64,000 nt of DNA, taken from assembly GCA_029941115.1 (NCBI GenBank), contig JAPYRK010000002.1, forward strand, positions 37,298-101,297. The letters run 5' to 3'. Both the position numbers and the translations under genes were made by a program. Below the pieces are notes generated by a model that saw only the letters and a program-made list of their open reading frames with translations, did not search any database and had not been told where the DNA came from. Within the stretch, counting starts at the first letter, position 1, and each line of letters begins with the position of its first letter. Below are positions 40,010 through 49,960 of this stretch, piece after piece. Source of the DNA: Dehalococcoidia bacterium (GTDB lineage: Bacteria; Chloroflexota; Dehalococcoidia; UBA2979).

Positions 40010-41230
40010 CTACCCAAGATACTTAGAAAATACTAATGATGAGTTGTGTCCACCAAAACCGAGCGAATTCGTCATCGCGATATTAACCGAAATTGCGCGC
40101 GATTCATTAGTTACATAATCCAGATCACAATCCTGATCCGGATTATCTAAATTAATCGTGGGGTGTATGATGTCATCTTTAATCGACAATGCGGTTACCA
40201 CTGCCTCAATACCACCCGCAGCGCCTAGAGTGTGGCCGACCATCGACTTCGTTGATGAAATAGGCACTGAATAGGCCTGCTCACCAAAAACTGATTTTAT
40301 TGAAAGAGTCTCGAACTTATCATTCATAGGAGTTGAAGTTCCGTGTGCATTAATATAGTCCACATCCGAAGGGCTTATTTGTGCTTTCGTCAAAGCAATA
40401 TTCATCGCCCGCGCAGCTCCTTCTCCTTGTTCAGACGGTTGGGTTATATGGAACGCATCAGCAGATTGACCATATCCTCGATACTCACAAATAATATTTG
40501 CACCCCGCCTCTCGGCGTGCTCTTGATTCTCCAAGATCAAAATACCCGATCCCTCACCTAGCACGAAACCATCTCGTTCCCGATCAAATGGTCTAGACGC
40601 AGTTGCTGGATCGTTATTTCGTGATAAGGCACGCATATTGGCGAAAGCGGTAATTGACATCCGTGTGACTGCTCCTTCTGCTCCTCCCGCAATCATTGCG
40701 ACGGCATCACCACGCCGGATTAGTTCAGCTGCAGTCCCAATTGAGTCTGCACCCGAGGCACAGGCTGAAACAGTGTTGAAATTCGGACCTTTTGCGCCAT
40801 ACCTAATCGATACTTGACCGGCCGCCATATCCGGAATGAACATCGGTACTAAAAAGGGGCTCACACGGTCAGGACCTTTGTCAAACAAATTTTTGAATTC
40901 ACGCTCGAGGGTTTCCATCCCGCCAATACCAACACCGATCATGCATCCTATTTGCTCGGCTTCGCTATTTATATCCAATCCAGAATGATCTATCGCTTCT
41001 CCAGCCGCCATGATTGCGAGATGAGTGAATCTGTCCATTCTTCGAGATTCTTTCTTATCCAAATATGTAGACAAATCAAACTCCGGTACCTCACCAGATA
41101 CCTGAGAAGCCAAATCATTTACATCACACCTTTGAGTGTTGCCTATTCCATTAGCCCCAGACCTCAGTGCCTCCCAGGCTGCATCTCGCCCGACACCGTT
41201 CGCGATTATTAGTCCAACACCGGTAATCAC
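40010..41230 (-). CDS. beta-ketoacyl-ACP synthase II (KasB-like, second of tandem pair)
   Basis: SACASG active-site Cys; INAHGTSTP and VGHTLGAAG histidines; GFGGHN C-terminus. Confidence 0.85.
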   Translation of the reverse strand: MITGVGLIIANGVGRDAAWEALRSGANGIGNTQRCDVNDLASQVSGEVPEFDLSTYLDKKESRRMDRFTHLAIMAAGEAIDHSGLDINSEAEQIGCMIGVGIGGMETLEREFKNLFDKGPDRVSPFLVPMFIPDMAAGQVSIRYGAKGPNFNTVSACASGADSIGTAAELIRRGDAVAMIAGGAEGAVTRMSITAFANMRALSRNNDPATASRPFDRERDGFVLGEGSGILILENQEHAERRGANIICEYRGYGQSADAFHITQPSEQGEGAARAMNIALTKAQISPSDVDYINAHGTSTPMNDKFETLSIKSVFGEQAYSVPISSTKSMVGHTLGAAGGIEAVVTALSIKDDIIHPTINLDNPDQDCDLDYVTNESRAISVNIAMTNSLGFGGHNSSLVFSKYLG

Positions 41231-41307
41231 GACCCGTCTTGAATTAGCTTGACTCTCAGTATTGTTAAGTTCGATGTTAGAGCTCCGATCTTGCTAAGTT
41301 GAATTTT

Positions 41308-42567
41308 TTATCCCGCCCATTCACTAAATATGATTGCGCTGTTGTGGCCGCCCAACCCAACTGAGGTGCTGATAGCGTTCCTTATCACACGTGATCTTGC
41401 TGAATTTGGTACATAGTCTAGATCACATTCTGGATCAGGATTTTCGTAGTTTAAGGTCGGAGGCAATATATTATTTTCTATGGCTAGGACTGTTAGTGCG
41501 GCTTCAACCGCACCTGCCGCACCCATTAAGTGACCTGTGGCTGCCTTGGTAGACGACACAGCAAGCTGGTATGCCGATTCACCAAAAACTAACTTAATCG
41601 CCTTTGTCTCGACCTTGTCATTGAGTGGGGTCCCTGTCCCGTGAGCGTTGATGTAGTCAATATCCTGGGGAGAAAGTTCTGCCTGCTTCAAAGCTTCTGT
41701 CATCGCATTTGCAATACCTGTTCCATCCGCAGCGACCATATCGAACGCATCAGACGAAGTCGCTGCGGATTTACATTCAGCGTAAATATGGGCACCTCTG
41801 GCCAGTGCTCGCTCAGATTCCTCCAAAACAAGCACTGCCGCACCCTCGCCTAAGATGAAACCATTCCTTTCACTATCAAACGGTTTAACAGCCTTAACAG
41901 GATCCTCAGATGTCGCGAGAGCTTTCATTGCATTAAAACCCGCGTAAAACACCGGCTGTAAGGGAGCTTCATGACCACCCGCCAAAACAACATCAGCTTC
42001 CCCTCTCTGTATAACTGAAATCGCCTCACCTGTGGCAGCGCCCCCTGTGGCACATGCAGCGGTTACAGCAAAGTTAGGCCCCTTCAGACCCAAATCGATT
42101 GCAATTAGCCCGGACGCAGTATCCGCGAGCATGTTGGTTATCAAAAAAGGAGATACTCGTCTTGGCCCTTTCTCATCTAGAACTCGCTGAGCTTCAACCA
42201 TCAAATGGCCACCACCAATACCAGTACCGATAACTATTCCTGACCGATTCGGATTTACTTCTCCTTGTTCTAGCCCCGCGTCGGACCACGCCTGTCTCGC
42301 GGCCACAATTGCGAGAGAAGTCGAAAGATCGATTCGTCGCTCCAACTTCGAATCAATAAATTCTGAAGGATGAAAGTTTTTCACCTCCGCAGCTATTGGA
42401 TATTCATAATCATCGGCAGAAAATCTTGAGATATGGCCCAAACCAGAGTCTCCAGCAATAATAGATTGCCAAGTTGATTTGACATCATTTCCAATTGGAG
42501 ATATCACCCCAATACCCGTCACTACCACACGTCGTTTTGATGTCTCGGGTGAGTTCTTAGATGGCAT
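41308..42567 (-). CDS. beta-ketoacyl-ACP synthase II (KasA-like, first of tandem pair)
   Basis: TAACATG active-site Cys; INAHGTGTP and TGHLMGAAG histidines. Confidence 0.85.
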   Translation of the reverse strand: MPSKNSPETSKRRVVVTGIGVISPIGNDVKSTWQSIIAGDSGLGHISRFSADDYEYPIAAEVKNFHPSEFIDSKLERRIDLSTSLAIVAARQAWSDAGLEQGEVNPNRSGIVIGTGIGGGHLMVEAQRVLDEKGPRRVSPFLITNMLADTASGLIAIDLGLKGPNFAVTAACATGGAATGEAISVIQRGEADVVLAGGHEAPLQPVFYAGFNAMKALATSEDPVKAVKPFDSERNGFILGEGAAVLVLEESERALARGAHIYAECKSAATSSDAFDMVAADGTGIANAMTEALKQAELSPQDIDYINAHGTGTPLNDKVETKAIKLVFGESAYQLAVSSTKAATGHLMGAAGAVEAALTVLAIENNILPPTLNYENPDPECDLDYVPNSARSRVIRNAISTSVGLGGHNSAIIFSEWAG

Positions 42568-42583
42568 GAATAACTCGTCTAAG

Positions 42584-43615
42584 CTAATTCATTGACTCGG
42601 TTGCAAAGACTGAAATAGGAATTGGATGCTGGCGAGCATCATCCAGCGACACGGCCATCGACGCTGAATTAATACGTCGAATCATTCTTGAAAGCGAGTG
42701 TCCTGGGCCAGCCTCGATAAACAACTCTATCCCTTCAGATATCATTTTTCTGACATTACTTGCCCACATGACTGGCGATTTTAGCTGATCTTCAAATTCA
42801 TTTCTAACTTCAATTCCGGACACCATTAAGTGAGATCCGATATTACTTACGATTGGGGCACATGGCGATTTGAACTCCACCTTACGGACAATTTCCGCAA
42901 ATTCGCTCGCTTGGGACTCGTGTAAAGGAGTGTGGCTGCTCACCTTAAGCTTCAGTCGAATTGCCTTCCCATGTTTGTCCTTAACTATGCTCATCGCCCG
43001 TTCTAAAGCCACCACATCACCCGAAATTACAGTTTGTAAATCTTCGTTATGATTTGCTACGTCTACTCGACAGTCCAGACCCGACGTGGCCTCCGAACAG
43101 ACTTCGGCGACCATGCCATATTCAAAGCCTACAATTGCCGCCATACCTACAGGTCGTGCCTCATTGAAACTCCCCATTAATCTAGAGCGTTCTAGAATCA
43201 ATCCTAACGAATCTTTAAAAGACAAAGCTCCCGAGGCAACAGCTGCAGTAAACATACCCATAGAATGCCCGCCAAAAAATTGAGGATCAAGCTTGAAATT
43301 AATTTCGTCCAATTTTTCCTTCATGGCACGATATGTAGCAAGGGAAGTTGTGAGTACCGCAGGCTGCGTATTATGAGTTGAAGCTAAAGCATCTTCATCT
43401 GACTCAAAACAAATTCTTGCTAGATCCACTCCGACAATCTCTGAAGCTTCTGAATACGTATCCCGCGCGGCCTGTGACGTATCGTATGTGCGGCGGCCCA
43501 TTCCAGTTGACTGGGCGCCCTGCCCTGGAAATACAATCGCAGCCCCACGCTTACCAAGCTTAGCCACCCGAGAATCGATCATAAAAACCAACCATCGCTC
43601 TCTACGTGTCCTCAT
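42584..43615 (-). CDS. fabD: malonyl CoA-ACP transacylase
   Basis: FPGQGAQ and GHSMGM motifs. The likely true start is MIDS at 43582; the upstream in-frame ATG is at 43615. Confidence 0.8.
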   Translation of the reverse strand: MRTRRERWLVFMIDSRVAKLGKRGAAIVFPGQGAQSTGMGRRTYDTSQAARDTYSEASEIVGVDLARICFESDEDALASTHNTQPAVLTTSLATYRAMKEKLDEINFKLDPQFFGGHSMGMFTAAVASGALSFKDSLGLILERSRLMGSFNEARPVGMAAIVGFEYGMVAEVCSEATSGLDCRVDVANHNEDLQTVISGDVVALERAMSIVKDKHGKAIRLKLKVSSHTPLHESQASEFAEIVRKVEFKSPCAPIVSNIGSHLMVSGIEVRNEFEDQLKSPVMWASNVRKMISEGIELFIEAGPGHSLSRMIRRINSASMAVSLDDARQHPIPISVFATESMN

Positions 43616-43691
43616 AGAAGACTGGATTCAGCGCTGCCGTTCCCCGTATTTGAGATTGTACTCCACACCAGCATTATTATGACAAAATTGA

Positions 43692-45299
43692 TTAAATATT
43701 TGCGGATGGGGGGTCCAAAATCTTACGAGCTTCTGGTAAGGCACGGACTATATCAGACGCCAACGTAGCTGCATCACCATACACTTCGCTTACTTGCCGC
43801 GCGGCCTCCGCATGCATGTAAACTGCCGCACTGGCAGCATCATATGAATTAATTTGCTGAGCCAAAAAACCCCCAGTAATTCCCGCCAGCACATCACCGG
43901 TGCCGCCGTGAGATAGAGCCGAACTAGCACTGTCTGAAAGCCTCGCTTCACCATTGCTATTCGAAATCACAGTTCCCGGACCTTTAAGAACAACTGTCGA
44001 ACGCCATTTCTGCGCGTAGTCAGCCGCGATCATCAATTTATTTTGTCTAATATAATCGACTTCCAAGCCACTCAATGTAGCCATTTCACCAAGGTGCGGA
44101 GTAATAATGATTGCTTGGTTAGTCAATGCTCGCCACTCCTCAATAACCGCAAGCGCATTCAGCCCGTCCGCATCAATCACTAAACCTTGAAAATCCTCTG
44201 ATACGGCTTCATCTAATCCAGCCAAAAATACCCTTACAAAGTCGACAGTATCTTCATTGTTACCTATTCCTGAACCGATCAATATCGATTTGAAAGAGCG
44301 AGTCCCTAATGCAGCCAATAATTCCTCTGCTGCTGCTCTCCCGCCCAAGTAACCACCCCTATCGAAAAGCGGGATATGAGAAATATCTGGAAGTGCCACA
44401 AGTAGAGATTGAATGCTTTCTGGGGCAGCTAGTGTTACGGATCCCACGCCCGTTCGAGCAGCCGACTCAACCGCCAAACGGGCAGCTCCCGGATAGTTCT
44501 TGCACCCAGCTATAACTAGCAATCGCCCAAATGTCCCTTTGTGACCGTCATTTGGTCTAGAAGGCAAAACTCGACGAAGGTCATGGAGCTTTAAGCTTTG
44601 ATAAGGAATTCTGACTGATTCTAGGGCTGACTCTGGGATTCCGATATCGACTTCAACGGTTCTTCCACTGTACTTTCTCCCATCACCCACATAGTGACCA
44701 ACTTTGCTGAAACCAAAAGTTACAGTCATTTCTGCCGGCACAGAACAAGCATCTGCTTGACCTGTATCCGAATTTAATCCGCTAGCGATATCAATCGCTA
44801 TAACTCTGACGGGTGGAACTGCCTCCACAGCGGCCTGTAATCGATTTAACACCTCCGCATAGAGACCTTCGATGGGTCGTTTTTCTGTATCAAAACCAAT
44901 CCCGAAGATTCCGTCAAGAACCATCGTTGCTCTCTCCAGCAAAACCTCTAGTTCTTCGAATTCGCCATCTGCATTGGCAATTGCAAACGGTATTCCCAAT
45001 TCCTCAACAGCGGCCCACGATTTATCCGATTTCTCTCGCGGATCGGTCAGATAAATGAACACTGACGCACCATAGCCATGGAGGTGGCGCGCAGCAATAA
45101 GCGCGTCAGATCCATTAGTTCCAGAGCCACAAATTACGAGGACGGGTCGGCCCTCCATAGTCCCCATTGCCATCCAACATTCTTGTGCTACCGCTAATCC
45201 TGCGGCCTCCATCAAATCCTCGTTGGTAATACCGGGCTCCAGAGCCTCACGTTCCAAAGATTGCATTTGTTCTGTAGTAACGATCTGTCCGCCAGCCAT
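43692..45299 (-). CDS. nnr: bifunctional NAD(P)H-hydrate epimerase / ADP-dependent dehydratase
   Basis: YjeF-N domain (GSGTNGSDAL) plus carbohydrate-kinase-like C-terminus (HGGTGDVLAG). Confidence 0.8.
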   Translation of the reverse strand: MAGGQIVTTEQMQSLEREALEPGITNEDLMEAAGLAVAQECWMAMGTMEGRPVLVICGSGTNGSDALIAARHLHGYGASVFIYLTDPREKSDKSWAAVEELGIPFAIANADGEFEELEVLLERATMVLDGIFGIGFDTEKRPIEGLYAEVLNRLQAAVEAVPPVRVIAIDIASGLNSDTGQADACSVPAEMTVTFGFSKVGHYVGDGRKYSGRTVEVDIGIPESALESVRIPYQSLKLHDLRRVLPSRPNDGHKGTFGRLLVIAGCKNYPGAARLAVESAARTGVGSVTLAAPESIQSLLVALPDISHIPLFDRGGYLGGRAAAEELLAALGTRSFKSILIGSGIGNNEDTVDFVRVFLAGLDEAVSEDFQGLVIDADGLNALAVIEEWRALTNQAIIITPHLGEMATLSGLEVDYIRQNKLMIAADYAQKWRSTVVLKGPGTVISNSNGEARLSDSASSALSHGGTGDVLAGITGGFLAQQINSYDAASAAVYMHAEAARQVSEVYGDAATLASDIVRALPEARKILDPPSANI

Positions 45300-45331
45300 A
45301 AGTTTGCCTTCCTAATACCCCATCACTTCAA

Positions 45332-45850
45332 TTAAAAACGACCTAGACCATCTATTCCAACATCCTCTGGGGGGTCACCCTCGGTCATCGAGAGCAATCC
45401 TCGATCCCTAAGTCTTTTTAATAACTTCTGACGAGCATCCTCATGAACCTGTTCAGGGTTAGTCTGAAAACTCACTACGACGGCCACAGCAAAAGACATT
45501 AAATGAGTTAGAGAGATATCGATCGCTGTCAGGCCAATCATGTTAGCTCTAGATCTCGCACCTCCGTAAAGATATACCAGTGGCTTACCACGCTGATCCG
45601 GAAGTACCTCAATTTCACGCCACCCCACTGACCGTGCCCCAGTACCCAAGGCTTTCATAAGAGCTTCTTTTGCTGCGAATCTGGCCGCTAGTTCGGCTAC
45701 TCTTCCCCTACAAAAAGCTACCTCTGCCTCTGTGTAAACACGTTTCAAAAATCTCTCCGGATGTCGACGGAGAACTCGACCAATCCGGTCAGTCTCAATC
45801 ATGTCTACTCCAACTGCATGAGAACCATTTCCCGAGGTCGCCAACATCAT
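45332..45850 (-). CDS. acpS: holo-[acyl-carrier-protein] synthase with C-terminal extension
   Basis: GVDMIETDRI...FAAKEALMKALGTG...EIEV...ISLTH matches the AcpS core; about 45 extra C-terminal residues; 4-nt overlap with folD. Confidence 0.7.
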   Translation of the reverse strand: MMLATSGNGSHAVGVDMIETDRIGRVLRRHPERFLKRVYTEAEVAFCRGRVAELAARFAAKEALMKALGTGARSVGWREIEVLPDQRGKPLVYLYGGARSRANMIGLTAIDISLTHLMSFAVAVVVSFQTNPEQVHEDARQKLLKRLRDRGLLSMTEGDPPEDVGIDGLGRF

Positions 45851-46734
45851 CTGCCGTCCAATATTTCCGCGGCTGAAAGTGTGTTTGATAACAGCATAGC
45901 TACAGTCATCGGGCCCACCCCGCCCGGAACAGGAGTAACTGCTTTCGCCACGGTCTTCACTCCTTCAAAATCGACATCACCGACCAGACGACGGCCGTTC
46001 TTTCGCGTACTGTCCAAAATCCAATTAGTACCTACGTCAATAACTGTTGTCCCTGGGCTCACTAAATCGGCAGTGATCGTCTTAGCCTGTCCAGTGGCGA
46101 CAATAAGAATATCAGCAGATCTTGTGAATTTGCCAAGTGAACGTGCACCTGTATGCACTAAGGTGACAATCGCATTAAGACCGGAGCCGCGCTGGGAAAG
46201 CATAATCGACAGCGGTCGGCCTACCAACATAGAACGCCCAACGATCACTGCGTGAGACCCTTCTGTTGAAATATTTGTACGTCTAAGAATCTCGAGTATC
46301 CCCGAAGGTGTAGCGGGAGAATGAACCGGATCTCCCCTGCTCAGTCTACCTAAGCTTGCGTCAGTAAGACCATCAACATCCTTTTCTAAACATATGCTCG
46401 AAATTGCCTGAACCTCGTCTAAATGAGAAGGAATAGGTAGCTGCAAAATAATACCATGCACATCAGATCGATCGTTTAAATCCCCCAAAATAGCTGACAA
46501 CTTGGAATCATCGGTAGATTCAGGAATCATAACGACATCGGAATCCATCCCTACATCGCTCGCAGCTTGAGACTTATTAGTTACATATGTCCGTGATGCA
46601 GGATCCTCACCAACTACTACGGCGACAAGTTTTGGAATGCTGAGGCCCTTATCCTTACGCTGAATAACCCGGAACCGAAGCTCGTCGAGGATATCGTTCG
46701 CAATTGCTTTTCCATCAATAATTTCTGCACCCAT
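45847..46734 (-). CDS. folD: bifunctional methylenetetrahydrofolate dehydrogenase / cyclohydrolase
   Basis: Typical FolD length and motifs (SRTYV..K, PGGVGP). Confidence 0.85.
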   Translation of the reverse strand: MGAEIIDGKAIANDILDELRFRVIQRKDKGLSIPKLVAVVVGEDPASRTYVTNKSQAASDVGMDSDVVMIPESTDDSKLSAILGDLNDRSDVHGIILQLPIPSHLDEVQAISSICLEKDVDGLTDASLGRLSRGDPVHSPATPSGILEILRRTNISTEGSHAVIVGRSMLVGRPLSIMLSQRGSGLNAIVTLVHTGARSLGKFTRSADILIVATGQAKTITADLVSPGTTVIDVGTNWILDSTRKNGRRLVGDVDFEGVKTVAKAVTPVPGGVGPMTVAMLLSNTLSAAEILDGR

Positions 46735-46825
46735 TAAACTAGTTTACTGCCTCACTTACTATGAATGAGACTCTCTTCACTAATACCTATAAGCGCTCAA
46801 CTAAATATCCTAATAAAATGTATAT

Positions 46826-47936
46826 ATGAATTATCTAATCCAACGCTGTAAAGAACTTTCAGCGCGTGTGCATGACGTACAGGTGCGACTTTGACCTCCC
46901 AAAGCAACAAGTAGCCCTCGACGCTCTCCGCGAAAAAACACAAAACCCTGACTTTTGGGCGAACCAAAACGCAGCAAAAACAATCATGCGTGACGTCGCG
47001 CGAATGGAACGCGAAATTAGCACTTGGCAATCCTTAGAAGCATCACTAGCTGAAAATCAGGAATTAATTGAACTTTTCATCGATGACTCTACTGAGGAAC
47101 TTGAATCTGAGATAATTGCTGCGCTTGATAAAATTGAGGCCGAGTTCCACACTCTCGAACTACGGCTCAAATTAGGTGGAACTTATGACACACGTCCAGC
47201 TGTCATTTCGGTCTATGCCGGAAGTGGCGGGACTGACGCCCAAGACTGGGCTGAACTCCTTCTACGGATGTACATTCGATGGGCGAATTCACAGAAAATG
47301 GACACCGAGATAATTTCTATTACCAATGGTGACGAAGCAGGTATCAAGTCAGCTGATATAAAAATCAGTGGGGACTTCGCGTACGGATTACTACAGTCTG
47401 AGAAAGGTGTGCATCGGCTGGTTCGCATATCACCCTTTGACTCGGCTAAGGCCCGTCACACCTCATTCGCATTGGTTGAAATAGTGCCCGAAGCACAACA
47501 TGGTGAATTAGTCGTAGATATAAAAACTGATGAACTTCGTATAGATACTTTTAAAGCCTCAGGTAACGGAGGACAAAACGTACAAAAAAATGACACTGCC
47601 GTGCGAATAGTGCATGAGCCGACCGGAATAGTTGTAACGTGCCAAAATGAGCGGTCGCAGGGACGAAACAGAGAACAAGCGATGCTCGTATTAGAGTCAC
47701 GACTTCTAGACTTGGAAATTAAGCGTCGCGAGGACGAAGAAGCTAAATTACGTGGCGAACACATTGAAGCTGGCTGGGGCAACCAAATCAGATCATACGT
47801 CTTACATCCGTATCAAATGGTCAAAGATCTCCGCACAAATTATGAGACGTCTAACGTCGATGATGTCCTCGATGGCGACATTATGCCACTGATCAATTCA
47901 TACCTTGACGAGAAAGTAGGGAAATCAGTTGGTTAA
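46826..47936 (+). CDS. prfB: peptide chain release factor 2, translated via a programmed +1 ribosomal frameshift
   Basis: A short frame-0 ORF MNYLIQRCKELSARVHDVQVRL ends at CTT TGA C (46889-46895), with an SD-like AGGTG 3 nt upstream. The +1 frame continues DLPKQQ... through the SPF-like region and SGNGGQNVQKN (GGQ). Confidence 0.85.
46881..46895 (+). other. prfB: prfB +1 frameshift site: internal SD-like AGGTG, 3-nt spacer, CTT TGA C
   Basis: Read directly: AGGTG-CGA-CTT-TGA-C, the same architecture as the E. coli prfB autoregulatory site. Confidence 0.8.
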
Positions 47937-49320
47937 TTTACAAATAAATAGAGCTATATTTTCAGTCTTGCTTCTATCAATTCTTTCTATTTATCTACTC
48001 TCAGAAAAACCAGCAAATGTGGCTTATGCCCAGGCAAACGACGACATAAAAATTATTGAGTCAAAAGCTACGGGGATAGATCCCAAGAAAATTGTATTTC
48101 AAATCACCCTTGATTCACAATCGTCGATTAAAGAAATTGAGTTAAATTACATTCTTGAATCACCTGAAACGAATGTGGGTGGTACACAAAATATCGATGC
48201 TCAAGGGAAATCTGGCTATCAGCTTTTTATCACGGAACTGTCCACTAACGATAGCTCTCGGTATATCCCAATTGGAGTCACCCTCACATATTCCTGGACG
48301 ATAGAAAGTGACACCGGCACTCTGTTCACGACCGAAAAACAGACATATGTATTCTTAGACGGACGTTTCGATTGGAAAAAAAAGGAATCAAACACCGTTG
48401 AAGTGTTCTACTACGGCGATGATCAACGTGGGGTAACGGGAATTGGAGCTGCCAAAGACACCCTAGAGAGGATTGCTGGGCTCCTTCAAGTAGAGGTGCC
48501 GTATAAAGTCAAAATAGTCATATGGGATACAGAGAAAAATGGCGAAGCTGCTCAAAGATCGAGAGGATCAACCTTTGACGCAGCTGTGTCAACGTTAGGA
48601 ACTCGAGTGGCCACAGACCTAGTCCATATTTACGAAACACGTGGCAGTTATGCAGACACTACTCGACATGAAATAGCTCATATAGTTACGCATGTAGCCG
48701 GAGACGGATCAATCGGTAAAATCCCGGCATGGTTAGACGAAGGCACAGCCGTATATGCTCAAAAAACAACAACTGGACGAGAATTCGCTCTGAAGCAGGC
48801 GGTGCGCCAAAACACTCTCTTCAGACCAAAAACCGAGGGAGTCGGTGCACCAAACACAAGCAAAACCGTCGATGCATTTTATGGACAATCACATGCAATG
48901 GTTACTTTCATAATCAGCACCTGGGGCGAACAGAAATTTTCAGAATTGTTTAGCGTAATCAAGGCCGGGTCTACACCGGATGGAGCGTTTCAAGCTGTCT
49001 ATGGAGTTGATCTGGACGATTTCTACAACCAGTACCGAAATCACGAGGGACTCGAACCAATTGAATTTCAAAACACCGAACTTCAAACTGCTCCCAAAGC
49101 ATCGGCGACCCAACCACCATACACAATCGCCACGGGTACAAAAATCACAAGTGATAGTAAAACCAATAAACAAAATTCATCGATATCTAGTCCAAGCACT
49201 TCCATAGATAGCAAAGATTCAGCAAATAGAAAGGGGAGAAGTGCTCTGACAGTGGGACTTATAACCATCCTCCTAGCTGTAATATTGGGATTTGCTTCCT
49301 TCAGGCTAGTGAAACAGTGA
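47929..49320 (+). CDS. secreted/membrane-anchored HExxH zinc metallopeptidase-like protein
   Basis: N-terminal signal-like hydrophobic segment, HEIAH plus downstream DEGTAVYA (gluzincin-like third ligand), S/T-rich linker and C-terminal TM helix. The start overlaps the prfB stop. Confidence 0.5.
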   Translation: MVNLQINRAIFSVLLLSILSIYLLSEKPANVAYAQANDDIKIIESKATGIDPKKIVFQITLDSQSSIKEIELNYILESPETNVGGTQNIDAQGKSGYQLFITELSTNDSSRYIPIGVTLTYSWTIESDTGTLFTTEKQTYVFLDGRFDWKKKESNTVEVFYYGDDQRGVTGIGAAKDTLERIAGLLQVEVPYKVKIVIWDTEKNGEAAQRSRGSTFDAAVSTLGTRVATDLVHIYETRGSYADTTRHEIAHIVTHVAGDGSIGKIPAWLDEGTAVYAQKTTTGREFALKQAVRQNTLFRPKTEGVGAPNTSKTVDAFYGQSHAMVTFIISTWGEQKFSELFSVIKAGSTPDGAFQAVYGVDLDDFYNQYRNHEGLEPIEFQNTELQTAPKASATQPPYTIATGTKITSDSKTNKQNSSISSPSTSIDSKDSANRKGRSALTVGLITILLAVILGFASFRLVKQ

Positions 49321-49326
49321 ACTCAA

Positions 49327-49938
49327 ATGACTAAATCTAATTCTATCGCCAGCAATATTCGAGATATCGGTCGTGCCCAGCTCGGTAAAGTAATTACACC
49401 TCTGCTTAACGTGATGTTAGCGCTTCATATCAAACCATCAATGATTACCATCGCTGGATTAGTCGGATGTGTTCCAGCAATGATTTTTGTCTCACAAGGC
49501 AACCTTTTCGCAGGTGGAATAATCTTCTTATTTAGCTCGCTTTTGGATCTATTTGATGGAGCTTTGGCAAGAAAAGCTAACTCGATTTCTGATCGGGGGG
49601 CACTGCTGGACTCGGTTGCTGACAGAATATCAGAGGCCCTGATCATGGCTGGTATCCTTTATTTCGGCTGGTCAATTCAAGACAAAAGCATAGTCCTGTT
49701 CTCATTCGGATCCGTGGTGGGATCTCTCCTTGTGTCTTACATTCGAGCGCGAGCCGAAGGACTTGGCTTAGAATTAAGCGAAGGATGGTTCACAAGACCT
49801 GAACGTGTAATTGTCATTAGTGCACTACTTCTCTTCAACCTTGTACCACAGGGGTTAATTCTTTTAACAATACTCACATTCCTCACTGCTCTACAAAGAT
49901 GGAGACTGGCCGATGAAAAATTAAAAATAGTGAATTAA
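49327..49938 (+). CDS. CDP-alcohol phosphatidyltransferase (phosphatidylinositol-phosphate synthase-like)
   Basis: Exact DG..AR........G...D...D motif (DLFDGALARKANSISDRGALLDSVAD); 203 aa, 5-6 TM helices. Confidence 0.75.
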   Translation: MTKSNSIASNIRDIGRAQLGKVITPLLNVMLALHIKPSMITIAGLVGCVPAMIFVSQGNLFAGGIIFLFSSLLDLFDGALARKANSISDRGALLDSVADRISEALIMAGILYFGWSIQDKSIVLFSFGSVVGSLLVSYIRARAEGLGLELSEGWFTRPERVIVISALLLFNLVPQGLILLTILTFLTALQRWRLADEKLKIVN

Positions 49939-49960
49939 ATAAATTCTGAAGGTTACATCT

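Noticed and set aside
40010-42567. Tandem ketosynthases as a type II PKS KS-alpha / chain-length-factor pair
   Set aside because: Both copies retain the active-site Cys (TAACATG, SACASG) and both His residues. A CLF would have Gln in place of Cys. The adjacent gene is a FabD-type transacylase, and no cyclase, aromatase or KR genes are present.
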